Assembly (NCBI GenBank): GCA_963703955.1 | Contig: CAVPGK010000013.1 | Location: forward strand, 104,295 to 168,294 | Direction of reading: 5' to 3' | From: Nitrospirota bacterium | Lineage (GTDB): Bacteria > Nitrospirota > Nitrospiria > Nitrospirales > Nitrospiraceae | DNA: 64,000 bases | Shown here: positions 17,364 to 25,988 of the stretch, piece by piece | Position numbering within the stretch: the first letter of the stretch is position 1 | Layout: every line of letters begins with the position of its first letter | Made by a program: the position numbers and the translations under genes | Notes under the pieces: generated by a model | The model's input: the letters and a program-made list of their open reading frames with translations, nothing else | What the model was told of the DNA's origin: nothing | The model's database searches: none

Positions 17364-17984
17364 TTACTTGCTGGGCTGAATATTGTGAAGATCGAATCGA
17401 ACGTAAGAGGCGCGCTGCTTCTCCTTCTTTGAAAAGCAGACGCCGTTGCCCAAAATGTTTTCCCTTTCTAATTCCAAGCTCCATTCGAGAACGAGGGTTC
17501 GCACACAATCCACAATCGCGTATACACGCGACTGATGAACAACGAGAGCGGGGGTCATGCCACTAGGAACATACGCGGCGTCTAATTGTTTTACACCGTT
17601 GGAAGGATACGGAATATAAAGGAGATCTTGTGCGCGATACTTCTCAAGCAAATGCTCGATCTGTGCTACAGGTTGAGTGAAATATTTCCAGGACACGGTT
17701 TCAGCGGTCTGTGTGTCAGGAAATGTCAATGGGATCCATCCCTTGACAGGATCACGGGTCTTCATCTCTCCCTTGACATGTCGGTACTCCGGTATCACTT
17801 CTTCAGGTTTATACCCGTGCAGTTCCTTCTGAATCCACTCACGGCATTCCCCGGCATTGAGTTTGGTTGCAATAACCAACGCCTTGCGAAGCACATCGGT
17901 AAGTCTTGATTCGGTAGTCATGACATCCTGCTGAAGCTCCAACACCAAGGACGACATAAAAGATCTTTTTCCTAGGGTAGGCAT
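17364..17984 (-). CDS. AbiTii-like (abortive infection) domain protein
   Basis: 206 aa. The N-terminus SLVLELQQDVMTTESRLTDVLRKALVIATKLNAGECREWIQKELHGYKPEEVIPEYRHV resembles the AbiTii N-terminal domain as I remember the family. An alternative start is at 17957. Confidence 0.65.
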   Translation of the reverse strand: MPTLGKRSFMSSLVLELQQDVMTTESRLTDVLRKALVIATKLNAGECREWIQKELHGYKPEEVIPEYRHVKGEMKTRDPVKGWIPLTFPDTQTAETVSWKYFTQPVAQIEHLLEKYRAQDLLYIPYPSNGVKQLDAAYVPSGMTPALVVHQSRVYAIVDCVRTLVLEWSLELERENILGNGVCFSKKEKQRASYVRFDLHNIQPSK

Positions 17985-18411
17985 TGTCTACGAATGAGGG
18001 TACAACATCCCCGCCTCTAAAAAAATACGGCGAGTTGTCTGAGACTTCGATCAGAAAAGGATAGCAGTTGATGGTAAGGCGTCAATCCGGGTCGCTGAAT
18101 AGTCGGTACAAAGGGAAGTGATGGCGCTCAGACACCCGAGCTACTTAGCCATAGCGACGCCCGGGCTTAAGTCCTAAGGCAACCTTGCGCTCGTCGCAAC
18201 GCAAATTACACCCATCAGAAGCCGAATCCATCAGTTGAGCCCGAATCCAGTATAGGGTTCTCGTTCTCGCCCATCCTCGCGGCCTGGATTTAGGGCAAAA
18301 GTCTGGCATTCACCTACATCAAAAAAACAGTTTCACTGACAGCCGAATGCACGCGAGCCCTCGTATGTTATATGAGGGTTTCCATACCCCTCGAACGCCT
18401 TCTCCCTGTCC

Positions 18412-19770
18412 ATGGCGACTGATCCAAAACGCATGGCAAGCAGAATATTCTCTGGCCAAGTAGAACTCCTCTACAAGGGGGCGTTCGAGGCCTATCTCGC
18501 TACAATTGTCAACGCCACCATTCTCGCTTATGTCCAAAGTCCTGTTATTAGAGCGTCAACCGTTATTTCTTGGTTAGTTTATGTGCTTGTCGTTACCGCC
18601 GCACGAGCCGCTTTGGTATACCGCTATTGGCATTCTCCAGATCGTATCAACAATAGCGGTCAATGGAACCTGGTCTATATCGCGGGAGTAGTCTTGGCAG
18701 GGATGGGATGGGGCCTAGGTGGGCTTCTGCTGTATCCACCCGAGGATATTTTTCATCAGGTCTTCTTGGTCTTCATGCTTGGGGGGATGGCAGCGGGAGC
18801 AGTGGGTGTCTTGGCCTCCCGCATGGAAGCCTTTCTGTCCTTTGTTGTGCCTACACTTCTGCCAGTGATGATTCTCTTATTCATGCAGCACGATAGTGCG
18901 CATGCCACTATGGGCGTCATGGTCTTAATCTATCTGTTGGGTCTACTATGGACTGCCAAGCGCCTGCATCGGTCCATCGCCTATTCCTTGCATCTTGGAA
19001 CCGAGAATGCGGACCTCGTCAGCAACCTCCAGATTGCCAACGAACAGCTACAGAGTCTCAGTCAACTGAAGTCCTCCTTTGTGTCGACAGTGGCTCATGA
19101 ATTGCGGACGCCGCTCACTTCAATCAAGGGCTATGTAGAGAATGTGCTCGATGGATTCTACGGGGCTTTAAATCAGCAGCAGGTCTATCATCTGGAGCGG
19201 GTCGCATACAACGTTGATCGCTTTGCACGACTCATCAACGATCTCCTGGATCTGTCGCGAATCGAGGCGGGCCGCGTCGAATTGAATAGAAGCCCTGTCC
19301 TCGTTACTCAGCTACTGGCCGATATTATGGATTTTTTTCAGCCCACGGCAGACCGCAAGGGTGTCGTGCTGCGCACAAATCACTTAGGCATGCGAATGAT
19401 AGATGGCGACAGGGACAAGCTGATCCAAATCTTGACAAATCTCGTTCAGAATGCCCTGAAGTTTACATCACCTGGCGGTGAGATCCGAATAGAGATAACC
19501 GCAAGCACCGGCGAAGGGTTTGTCCAATTCGGGATTCATGACACTGGATGCGGTATCCCGGTTGAAGAACTAGATAAGGTGTTCGATGGTTTCTATCGTG
19601 GCCGATCCGTACCGTCTCAGCAAGGCGGGGCTGGATTAGGGTTGGCAATTACAAAAAGTCTGGTCGAATTGCACGGCGGGAAAATCTGGGCCGAGAGCCA
19701 GATAGGCCGTGGCTCTTCTTTTTTCTTCACCATCCCAACGGGAGGGGGCGGGCAGCAAGCTGATGCCTGA
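18412..19770 (+). CDS. sensor histidine kinase with multi-pass membrane N-terminal domain
   Basis: 452 aa. H-box STVAHELRTPLTSIKGY, N-box LTNLVQNALKFT, G1 HDTGCGI, G2 GGAGLGLAI. No response regulator is adjacent. Confidence 0.9.
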   Translation: MATDPKRMASRIFSGQVELLYKGAFEAYLATIVNATILAYVQSPVIRASTVISWLVYVLVVTAARAALVYRYWHSPDRINNSGQWNLVYIAGVVLAGMGWGLGGLLLYPPEDIFHQVFLVFMLGGMAAGAVGVLASRMEAFLSFVVPTLLPVMILLFMQHDSAHATMGVMVLIYLLGLLWTAKRLHRSIAYSLHLGTENADLVSNLQIANEQLQSLSQLKSSFVSTVAHELRTPLTSIKGYVENVLDGFYGALNQQQVYHLERVAYNVDRFARLINDLLDLSRIEAGRVELNRSPVLVTQLLADIMDFFQPTADRKGVVLRTNHLGMRMIDGDRDKLIQILTNLVQNALKFTSPGGEIRIEITASTGEGFVQFGIHDTGCGIPVEELDKVFDGFYRGRSVPSQQGGAGLGLAITKSLVELHGGKIWAESQIGRGSSFFFTIPTGGGGQQADA

Positions 19771-19958
19771 GAAGGCATCCTTCCTTTCTCGTCGTTGACC
19801 ACTCACACCTCCGTTTCCTTCCTGCCGTTTTCACGAGATTTCACAATGTACCTCGCGAGTTTTCGCAAATCGCGAGTGATCACGATTCGTTGTTTTCCGT
19901 TCTCCCACTTTAACCCGCTGATATTTCATCGTCTCACTGGTCGCATGTGCGCGCCCAG

Positions 19959-21001
19959 TCATCGCATCAGCGGCTTGCCTCTTGCCCAGTAATAATAGAG
20001 GGACAAGTTCGGGTAGATGGCATCGATATTATTCTGCCCAGCAATCGTGAAGAGACAGCCGACCGCTCCAACCAATGCTCCGCTTGAGCTGTGGAAGAAC
20101 TTGTACTGGAGGGTCGGTTGGACGCCAACCAAGGCGTAACTTGTTGGGACAACGTTCACAGTCTTCCCATCCAGGCGCCAGGAGAGCCCGTTCAGCGTGA
20201 CAAGCTCCACATTGTATCCGAATCCTCGGTTGTCATTGAGAATGTGCTCAATGACCAAGCGCCCATTAATGATATCTCCAGGATAGGTGTTCATACCGGC
20301 CGTGTTACCGGGTGCGGTATAGGTGTAGAACACACCGCCGCTGATCCGGAAGGGCCGAAGGTTTTTCCGGAACATCACCCCTTCGGTGAACGAGAGCGCC
20401 CCGAACCGTGTCGCGGGCAGACGCCCAAGCGGAGAAAAGCCGCCCGGAATGCCCTGTGTGCCCGCCCACTGGCTGCTGGGCAACGCGATCTGCGAATAAA
20501 TGGTCATCGCGAGGGGCGCCAGCCGTCCGGGTCCTGCACGACCGGGCGGTACTTCAGATAAATGGTCGTGTCACCGAGGCCGGTCTCAGACTGGGTTGTC
20601 TGTCCGCCGGAGCTATTCGCTTGGCTGGCTTCCCAGTAGATGCCGGAAAGGGCAACATTCAGTTCAACATGGTTGGTGATGCCGTAAGCAAAGATGCCAG
20701 TTGGCGCGACCGCCTTCAAATCGACCGGTGAATCCGACGAAGTGGTGCTGAACTGGTTACCAAACTTCTTATCGCCGATTTCGCCAAAGACAAAGGGTTG
20801 AAACAGAAATTGTCCTTTGGGCTGGATATCGACGCCGGAAAGAAGGATGGGGCCGTTTGCCATGGGGTTCCAACTCTTACGGTATTTCTGAATCTCCTCC
20901 TCGGTAGGAACCCAGTCCCACGCGTCAGCCGGGTATGGCCGCAGCGACAGAAGCGCCAAGAGCAGTAAGAACCCAGTCGATTGTGATTGAGAGAAAACCA
21001 T
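19959..21001 (-). pseudogene. outer-membrane beta-barrel (MetA-pathway/transporter-like) gene split by a frameshift
   Basis: ORFs 20504..21055 and 19959..20507 are the two halves of one barrel. ..DTTIYLKYRPVVQDPDGWRPSR* is followed by MTIYSQIALPSSQW.. One extra C in the C-run at about 20513 gives ..GWRPLAMTIYSQ... A signal peptide follows ATG 21001. Confidence 0.7.
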
Positions 21002-21227
21002 GAACTTTCTCCTCCCGGAACGACACTGTCTGACGGCACGGATCAAAAGGCTCACCCAGTGATTCCAGGGAGACGATAGCAGTAGACCGCCTCGAGCTGG
21101 TGGTACGGATCGACGATGCTGGAGTCCACTGCAAAGCGAGGGCCTTGAGTAAAACTGTTTTGGTCAAGGACAGTCTTGGAGTCAGAATGAACTAAATGAA
21201 CTAATTGTGGAACACCCTCGATGCTCT

Positions 21228-21545
21228 CTAGGCCCTCCCAAACTTCAGAAAAAAAGCTGCTATCCACACCATTAATACACCCAAAATACGATTGAAGACA
21301 GCGACATCAGGTGAAGTGCCAGGAGCAGAGTAGAGATAGCCCAGAATGATGAGTACTGTACACGCTCCCGCAACAACAAAGGTCAAATATCCGAGGGATG
21401 ACCAGCGTGTGAGCCCAAGAGGAAGTATATACAGCGCCCACATTGCTATTCCCACGGGAGTCATCAAATCCAAGACGAACACAATCACGATCAGCGCCAC
21501 GACCACAGCCGTCAATGAGTGATCTGCGTTCTTCTGTTCGTCCAT
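21228..21545 (-). CDS. small integral membrane protein
   Basis: 105 aa with three hydrophobic helices. The D..TP.G......LY..PL motif is seen at N-termini of membrane sensor proteins. Confidence 0.6.
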   Translation of the reverse strand: MDEQKNADHSLTAVVVALIVIVFVLDLMTPVGIAMWALYILPLGLTRWSSLGYLTFVVAGACTVLIILGYLYSAPGTSPDVAVFNRILGVLMVWIAAFFLKFGRA

Positions 21546-21924
21546 CGAAGAGTGGAGTCTAGTCGGTTCCCTAATTCTCCTGCCGGTAGACGAATCGTTT
21601 TCTACTTGTTCGAATACGAGGAGAAGTCTCTATTTTCAGAAATCACAATTGCTGAACATTCAGACCCCTTCTGCTCTCCTAAACGATTTGCTACCTGTTG
21701 CAACTACGAACGCTTCATCTTCTACCTTTGAGATGACACTGCTTCGGCCATTGCCCCCGCTACCGATTCGGCGACAGCTTCCGCCCAAGATCATTGAGGT
21801 GATCATCTCGTTCGCGTTCGCATGGTATCTCCTGCGTTGAAAAAAGGCGGGGAAGGATGCTGGGATAGTCGATCTCCGCTTGCATGACCTGTGGCACTGT
21901 GCGGCTACTGCGCGCTCTTACCGA

Positions 21925-22284
21925 CTATCGAACGGAGCTAGGAGGGCCCGGAAGGGTGATTCCGTAAGGGGCGATCCGCAAGGTGGCGCCCGGAAGCGTG
22001 ATTCCGTAAGGGGCCATTGGCGAGCCGATCGAGGACCCAAACGGAGTCGGTGCCGGAATGAAAAAGCTCGGCCCTTCCCCTGGCCTCCAAATCGTCCCGC
22101 CGCCTGCTGTCGGAGCGAGGAAGGCTGGCGCTTGTCCCGGCCTGATTGCGATAGCTCCACCATTCGGCGTGGGAGTGACGACGGCCGGGGCTTGCCCCGG
22201 AGTGATGAGCGTGCCTCCGCTGATCTGAGCATCAGCCACAGGGACGACAGCAAATAGGATAACAAGGAACAGCATGATGATCAT
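21925..22284 (-). CDS. secreted Gly/Pro-rich repeat protein
   Basis: ORF track gives 21925..22479. I start it at ATG 22284 (signal peptide MIIMLFLVILFAVVPVADA). It contains a 25-nt unit repeated 42 nt apart (21947 and 21989), encoding APYGITLPG twice. Confidence 0.5.
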   Translation of the reverse strand: MIIMLFLVILFAVVPVADAQISGGTLITPGQAPAVVTPTPNGGAIAIRPGQAPAFLAPTAGGGTIWRPGEGPSFFIPAPTPFGSSIGSPMAPYGITLPGATLRIAPYGITLPGPPSSVR

Positions 22285-22435
22285 GGCTCTCTCCACTCGT
22301 TGCAATGGCCCGAAGAAGGAGCGCAGGCGGGTAATAGTAGGGCGAGCACAAGAGGAAAGCCGACCTGCATGCACCACCATACCATCATAGATCATGGTGT
22401 GTCGGGGTGTTTTGGCACCAGGTTGGCACCAATTG

Positions 22436-22657
22436 CTATTGATTTTGGTTCTGGCGGAGCTTCTCCAGCTCCTCCACACTTAGAGCGCCAATTCCGTACT
22501 GGAGTGCGTGATCTGTCCTTTGCATCGTGTCTGATCCAAGTGCATAGGAATATTCGATAACATTAGACTTGAGAATCGTAAAGTTGGGTGCAATCGATAA
22601 GGACTCCCAATTCAGTCTTTGACTCGGGGGCGATACATAAACGAAAGACCATGACAC
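22436..22657 (-). CDS. hypothetical protein
   Basis: 73-aa ORF starting immediately after the stop of the upstream gene. AT-richer than its surroundings. No family recognised. Confidence 0.3.
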   Translation of the reverse strand: MSWSFVYVSPPSQRLNWESLSIAPNFTILKSNVIEYSYALGSDTMQRTDHALQYGIGALSVEELEKLRQNQNQ

Positions 22658-23593
22658 TCAGCGCATCTGCTTCTCCAGAGAGGGTATGACCTGGGGATCA
22701 CCCATGATGTCCAGGCCGAAGCGTGGGTTGTCGTCCATTTGATTGGCGTAGAGTCGTCCAGTCGGCGCATCAATATCAGCCATAAGCATGGTGGTTTCCT
22801 TCGACTTGATTGTCACCGCATACTCTTCGCCGCTTCCACCGCGGATCATGGGATGCCACACTACCACTTTGTATGTGCCCGGGGGTATGTCACCGATCTT
22901 GAAATGTCCCTCCTGATCCGTAACCGCATAGTAGGGATGGTCCACGACAAGCCCCCAGCTCTCCATGTACGCGTGGAACCCACATTGCATCACAAACACT
23001 CGCCGCCCCTTGTGCATCTCAATATTTTGCACCATCGCTTCCCCAGGGTGATGCTCCTGCTTTCCTGTTTTCGTCACATTCTCTTTCACGTAATCGGGAT
23101 ACATCAGCAGGGGACTATTGAACAAGACCCGCGGGCCAAACCGCGAGGTCTCGTAGGCTTGGATATCGTGAAAGACCGGGTCCATATTCACCACTTCAAT
23201 CGGCCGCTTGTCCCAGACCACGGAGATAAACGGCTTGAAGGTGCAATCGATGGCTTCAATGCGGGGAGTCTGAAAGCTGATCGGCTTTCCTCTTGCCACT
23301 TCTTCCAGCATCACCACGACATCCCGAAGTGCTCCCTGGGCCTCAATATGGAACGGCTGCAGCAGGCGCCATCCCGCTCCGTTTGAAATCCTGCCACAAT
23401 AGACCGCGTCCGGAAACGTGACCAGTTTGTACCCCATCGGCTTCGGCACGTCTCCAATAAGTTTCACACTACCGGTGAGGGTCCCGCCATTCGTGATAGG
23501 GACCTCTTCATACGCACTAGCAGCTTGTCCCACTGCAACACACAGAATCGGAACAAGAACAGCCATGAGAGTTCTTGGCAAACAGACAATCAT
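22658..23593 (-). CDS. periplasmic cupredoxin-like protein fused to a carboxypeptidase-regulatory-like domain
   Basis: 311 aa with a signal peptide. Candidate type-1 copper ligands are H in NMDPVFHDIQ and C-x2-H-x2-M in CGFHAYM. The C-terminal GHFKIGDIPPGTYKVVVWHP is CarboxypepD_reg-like. Confidence 0.75.
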   Translation of the reverse strand: MIVCLPRTLMAVLVPILCVAVGQAASAYEEVPITNGGTLTGSVKLIGDVPKPMGYKLVTFPDAVYCGRISNGAGWRLLQPFHIEAQGALRDVVVMLEEVARGKPISFQTPRIEAIDCTFKPFISVVWDKRPIEVVNMDPVFHDIQAYETSRFGPRVLFNSPLLMYPDYVKENVTKTGKQEHHPGEAMVQNIEMHKGRRVFVMQCGFHAYMESWGLVVDHPYYAVTDQEGHFKIGDIPPGTYKVVVWHPMIRGGSGEEYAVTIKSKETTMLMADIDAPTGRLYANQMDDNPRFGLDIMGDPQVIPSLEKQMR

Positions 23594-23828
23594 GGTATCC
23601 TCCTTGAATTACGCGAAGGCAGCAGTTGAGTCCCCCTTTGGCAGCTGAGGGCAGTCAAAATGCTCATTATCTCTACTGGCGGGCAAGGCGCTAGAGCTTC
23701 AAAACCTTTCAATTCCCTCCGCACAAGGCTCAAAGAGAACGTTTGTTTAGACGTGAGACATCGCAAGAGGTCTATCAAAACTTGGCGTCTGCCCCAGCCT
23801 ATGACCCGCGCCGATATTTACATTCCGT

Positions 23829-24488
23829 TTACCCAGATTGGTGACCCAGCGGAATAGTGATCACGATCCCACCCATGACGTCATTCATCTTGAAATCCCG
23901 TTTCGGGCTGTTGGGATGTGCGTTGTGGCAACCGATACAAGCCTGCGTGACGGCCCGGTCTGCATAGACTGCTACGAACAACCGTTCCTTGCCACTTGTG
24001 ATGATGCCGGTATAGGGACGTTCCGGGTCCGTCTGGACCTCTTCAAGACCTTTGTCCTCGAATTCAGTGGCTGGCCTATTTTGCTTGTTAATTGGCCAGA
24101 GACCCATCAGGCGGTATCGGACCTTCGTACCGGTCTTCGCGGCGAGGTCGCTCGACTCCATAAAGAACTGTGCAGGTAAAGGTAAGGTATTGGCGGCCCG
24201 CCAGTTTTCTGAGGCGACGAGAGTCCCCTTTTTCTGCAGTCGCTCAACGACGTGGACCGTGTAGAAAGTCCGGTCGGCTTCGATTACCGCGTGTATATAG
24301 TCAGTCACGGTCTCTGGAGGGATGCCCATCGGAGTGTCCGAGCCCTTCTCACCGGAGGAGCTGCCCCAGAAAGTCAGCACCGCGATTGTCGCAAGCAGTG
24401 CCCCGGACGCTAGGGTTCTGCTCAGCGCAGCGAGCAGATTCTTCAGTGCAAGGCCAAGCGCCACGCGTATGTCGTTCAATGCTCTCAT
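23829..24488 (-). CDS. DUF3365 (Tll0287-like) c-type haem protein
   Basis: ORF track gives 23829..24494. I start it at ATG 24488 (AAGGAG upstream). It has a membrane anchor or signal sequence, a DUF3365-like body, and a CIGCH haem-c motif near the C-terminus. Confidence 0.85.
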   Translation of the reverse strand: MRALNDIRVALGLALKNLLAALSRTLASGALLATIAVLTFWGSSSGEKGSDTPMGIPPETVTDYIHAVIEADRTFYTVHVVERLQKKGTLVASENWRAANTLPLPAQFFMESSDLAAKTGTKVRYRLMGLWPINKQNRPATEFEDKGLEEVQTDPERPYTGIITSGKERLFVAVYADRAVTQACIGCHNAHPNSPKRDFKMNDVMGGIVITIPLGHQSG

Positions 24489-24724
24489 AGGCAAGCTCCT
24501 TTTTTTACTTCACCTCTGCTGCTTTGCGACTATAACTAGACCCACGACTTGAGTCAACTTTCACTTCGGAGCAAACGCTTTGAGCACCCAGACATTGTGC
24601 TACCATCCTGCTACCAGGCCAAGGCATCCTGATTCAGTTTGGGAACTAGTGTTGATTGTGCCAGGTGGTTCGTTGCATGCGGTCCTCTTTATGACTGACC
24701 TTCGTCCATCGCAATTCGCTATCC

Positions 24725-24739
24725 GCAAGAGCGATGCCA
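24725..24739 (-). promoter_or_regulatory. sigma-54-type -24/-12 promoter TGGCATcgctcTTGC
   Basis: GG and GC are spaced as in the RpoN consensus TGGCAC-N5-TTGCW. It lies upstream of the DUF3365-cupredoxin gene string. Confidence 0.5.
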
Positions 24740-24789
24740 ATGCTAATGAGCCGAAATGACCAGAGCGTTTCCACGTGATCGAGAGATCC

Positions 24790-24806
24790 TGTAGCCTTCT
24801 GCTACA
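24790..24806 (-). promoter_or_regulatory. palindrome TGTAGC-AGAAG-GCTACA (candidate activator site)
   Basis: Perfect 6-bp arms, 51 nt upstream of the -24 element. The 17-mer is identical to 50844..50860. Confidence 0.45.
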
Positions 24807-25253
24807 GACTTCGTTCTCCAATCTTCGGAAACAAGCCGTTCGCCACTGATACCGCAAGTCTTTGATTCAAAAGAAACGGCTGGGAAAGAATTTGGGGTGA
24901 GTGACGGGTTTCGAATTACTTAGACGTCCACCGCAACTGTCGAACATCGTGAGAATTCTGCATCGAGTGGGCAGACAAGGCAAGCCAAGCCAAGATTGGC
25001 CACCTGTCCGCAACTCCGCAACCCAGGCGCAACCTGCTTCGCGCCGGTGGGCGGTGCTCGGATTCGAGCCAGCAGATCACCCTCCTCTCGATTGCAGGGA
25101 ACGGCCTGGCAGGATGAGGCCTAACGCCCCAGGCCGTTCTCCGATCCTGCCGCAAAACGCTACGTTCGACGCCGCGATGACAACATTGAGGCCGGAAGAC
25201 CAACACTTCCCCGCAGGCACATCTGATGCAGTAAGATTCACACGAATTGGTGT

Positions 25254-25988
25254 GTGACGATGCCTGCTCCTCTACTAGACATTCAGAATCTCATCTTCGA
25301 GGTGGATCGACATCCCATTCTCGACAGCCTGAACCTCGCAGTCCAAGCTGGACAAATCCATGCGCTTCTCGGAGCCAACGGTTCAGGCAAGACCACATTG
25401 GCCTATGTCTTGATGGGCTGCGATGGCTATGCGCCGAGTGCCGGGAGTATTTTGTTCAATGGCACCGATCTCCTGCCCCTCAAAATGCACGAACGGGCCA
25501 AGCTGGGGATTACCCTTGCGTGGCAAGAGCCGGCTCGATTCGAAGGTGTCACAGTGCGCGAGTACCTGAGCTTGGGCAAGTCAGATTGTGATCCAGAACC
25601 GATGTTGAGACAGGTCGGTCTCGATCCGGACCGTTATCTGAACCGGCGAGTAGATAAGGCGCTTAGCGGCGGGGAACGACACCGGATCGAGTTGGCCTCA
25701 GTCTTATCGATGAAACCGAATCTCGCCATCCTCGACGAGCCGGCCGCAGGAATCGACATGCTCTCGATCAATCATATTATTGACATCATTCGCGCATTGA
25801 AAGAAGGTGGCGGTTCCGTCCTGCTGATTACGCACCAGGAAGAGGTCGCGCTCATCGCCGATCGAGCCTCGCAACTCTGCGCCGGCCGCATCATTTTTTC
25901 AGGCGGTCCTCGGGAAGCCGTGGATCATTTCCGTGGCCGGACCTGCGTCCGTTGCGATGGAGAAGTATGTAACTATGTCCGAGCTTGA
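25254..25988 (+). CDS. sufC: SufC-like Fe-S cluster assembly ABC ATPase
   Basis: 244 aa. Walker A GANGSGKTTL, signature LSGGERHR, Walker B LAILDEP, plus SufC-like context. An alternative ATG start is at 25260. Confidence 0.85.
   Translation: MTMPAPLLDIQNLIFEVDRHPILDSLNLAVQAGQIHALLGANGSGKTTLAYVLMGCDGYAPSAGSILFNGTDLLPLKMHERAKLGITLAWQEPARFEGVTVREYLSLGKSDCDPEPMLRQVGLDPDRYLNRRVDKALSGGERHRIELASVLSMKPNLAILDEPAAGIDMLSINHIIDIIRALKEGGGSVLLITHQEEVALIADRASQLCAGRIIFSGGPREAVDHFRGRTCVRCDGEVCNYVRA

Larger units (their letters stand above)
24661..24840 (-). repeat. copy 1 of a non-coding leader (sigma-54 promoter region), ending in a truncated micro-ORF
   Basis: Aligns with 50715..50940 on the same strand, apart from a 47-nt indel. 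It includes the RBS and the first six codons (MQRTTW), then diverges to a stop (24678..24646). Confidence 0.85.

Noticed and set aside
24600-24857. Tracked ORFs across the two leader copies (24600..24857 - and 50797..51084 -).
   Set aside because: The copies differ by a 47-nt indel, so the two ORFs read the shared DNA in different frames. The conservation is at the nucleotide level, not the protein level.
25040-25080. tRNA-like stretch GGCTCGAATCCGAGCACCGCCCACC. I considered a tRNA or tRNA-Sec because a formate dehydrogenase is nearby.
   Set aside because: The stem has only a 4-nt loop. No anticodon arm, D-arm or complementary acceptor strand could be found. The dehydrogenase uses Cys and has no in-frame TGA, so no Sec machinery is expected.
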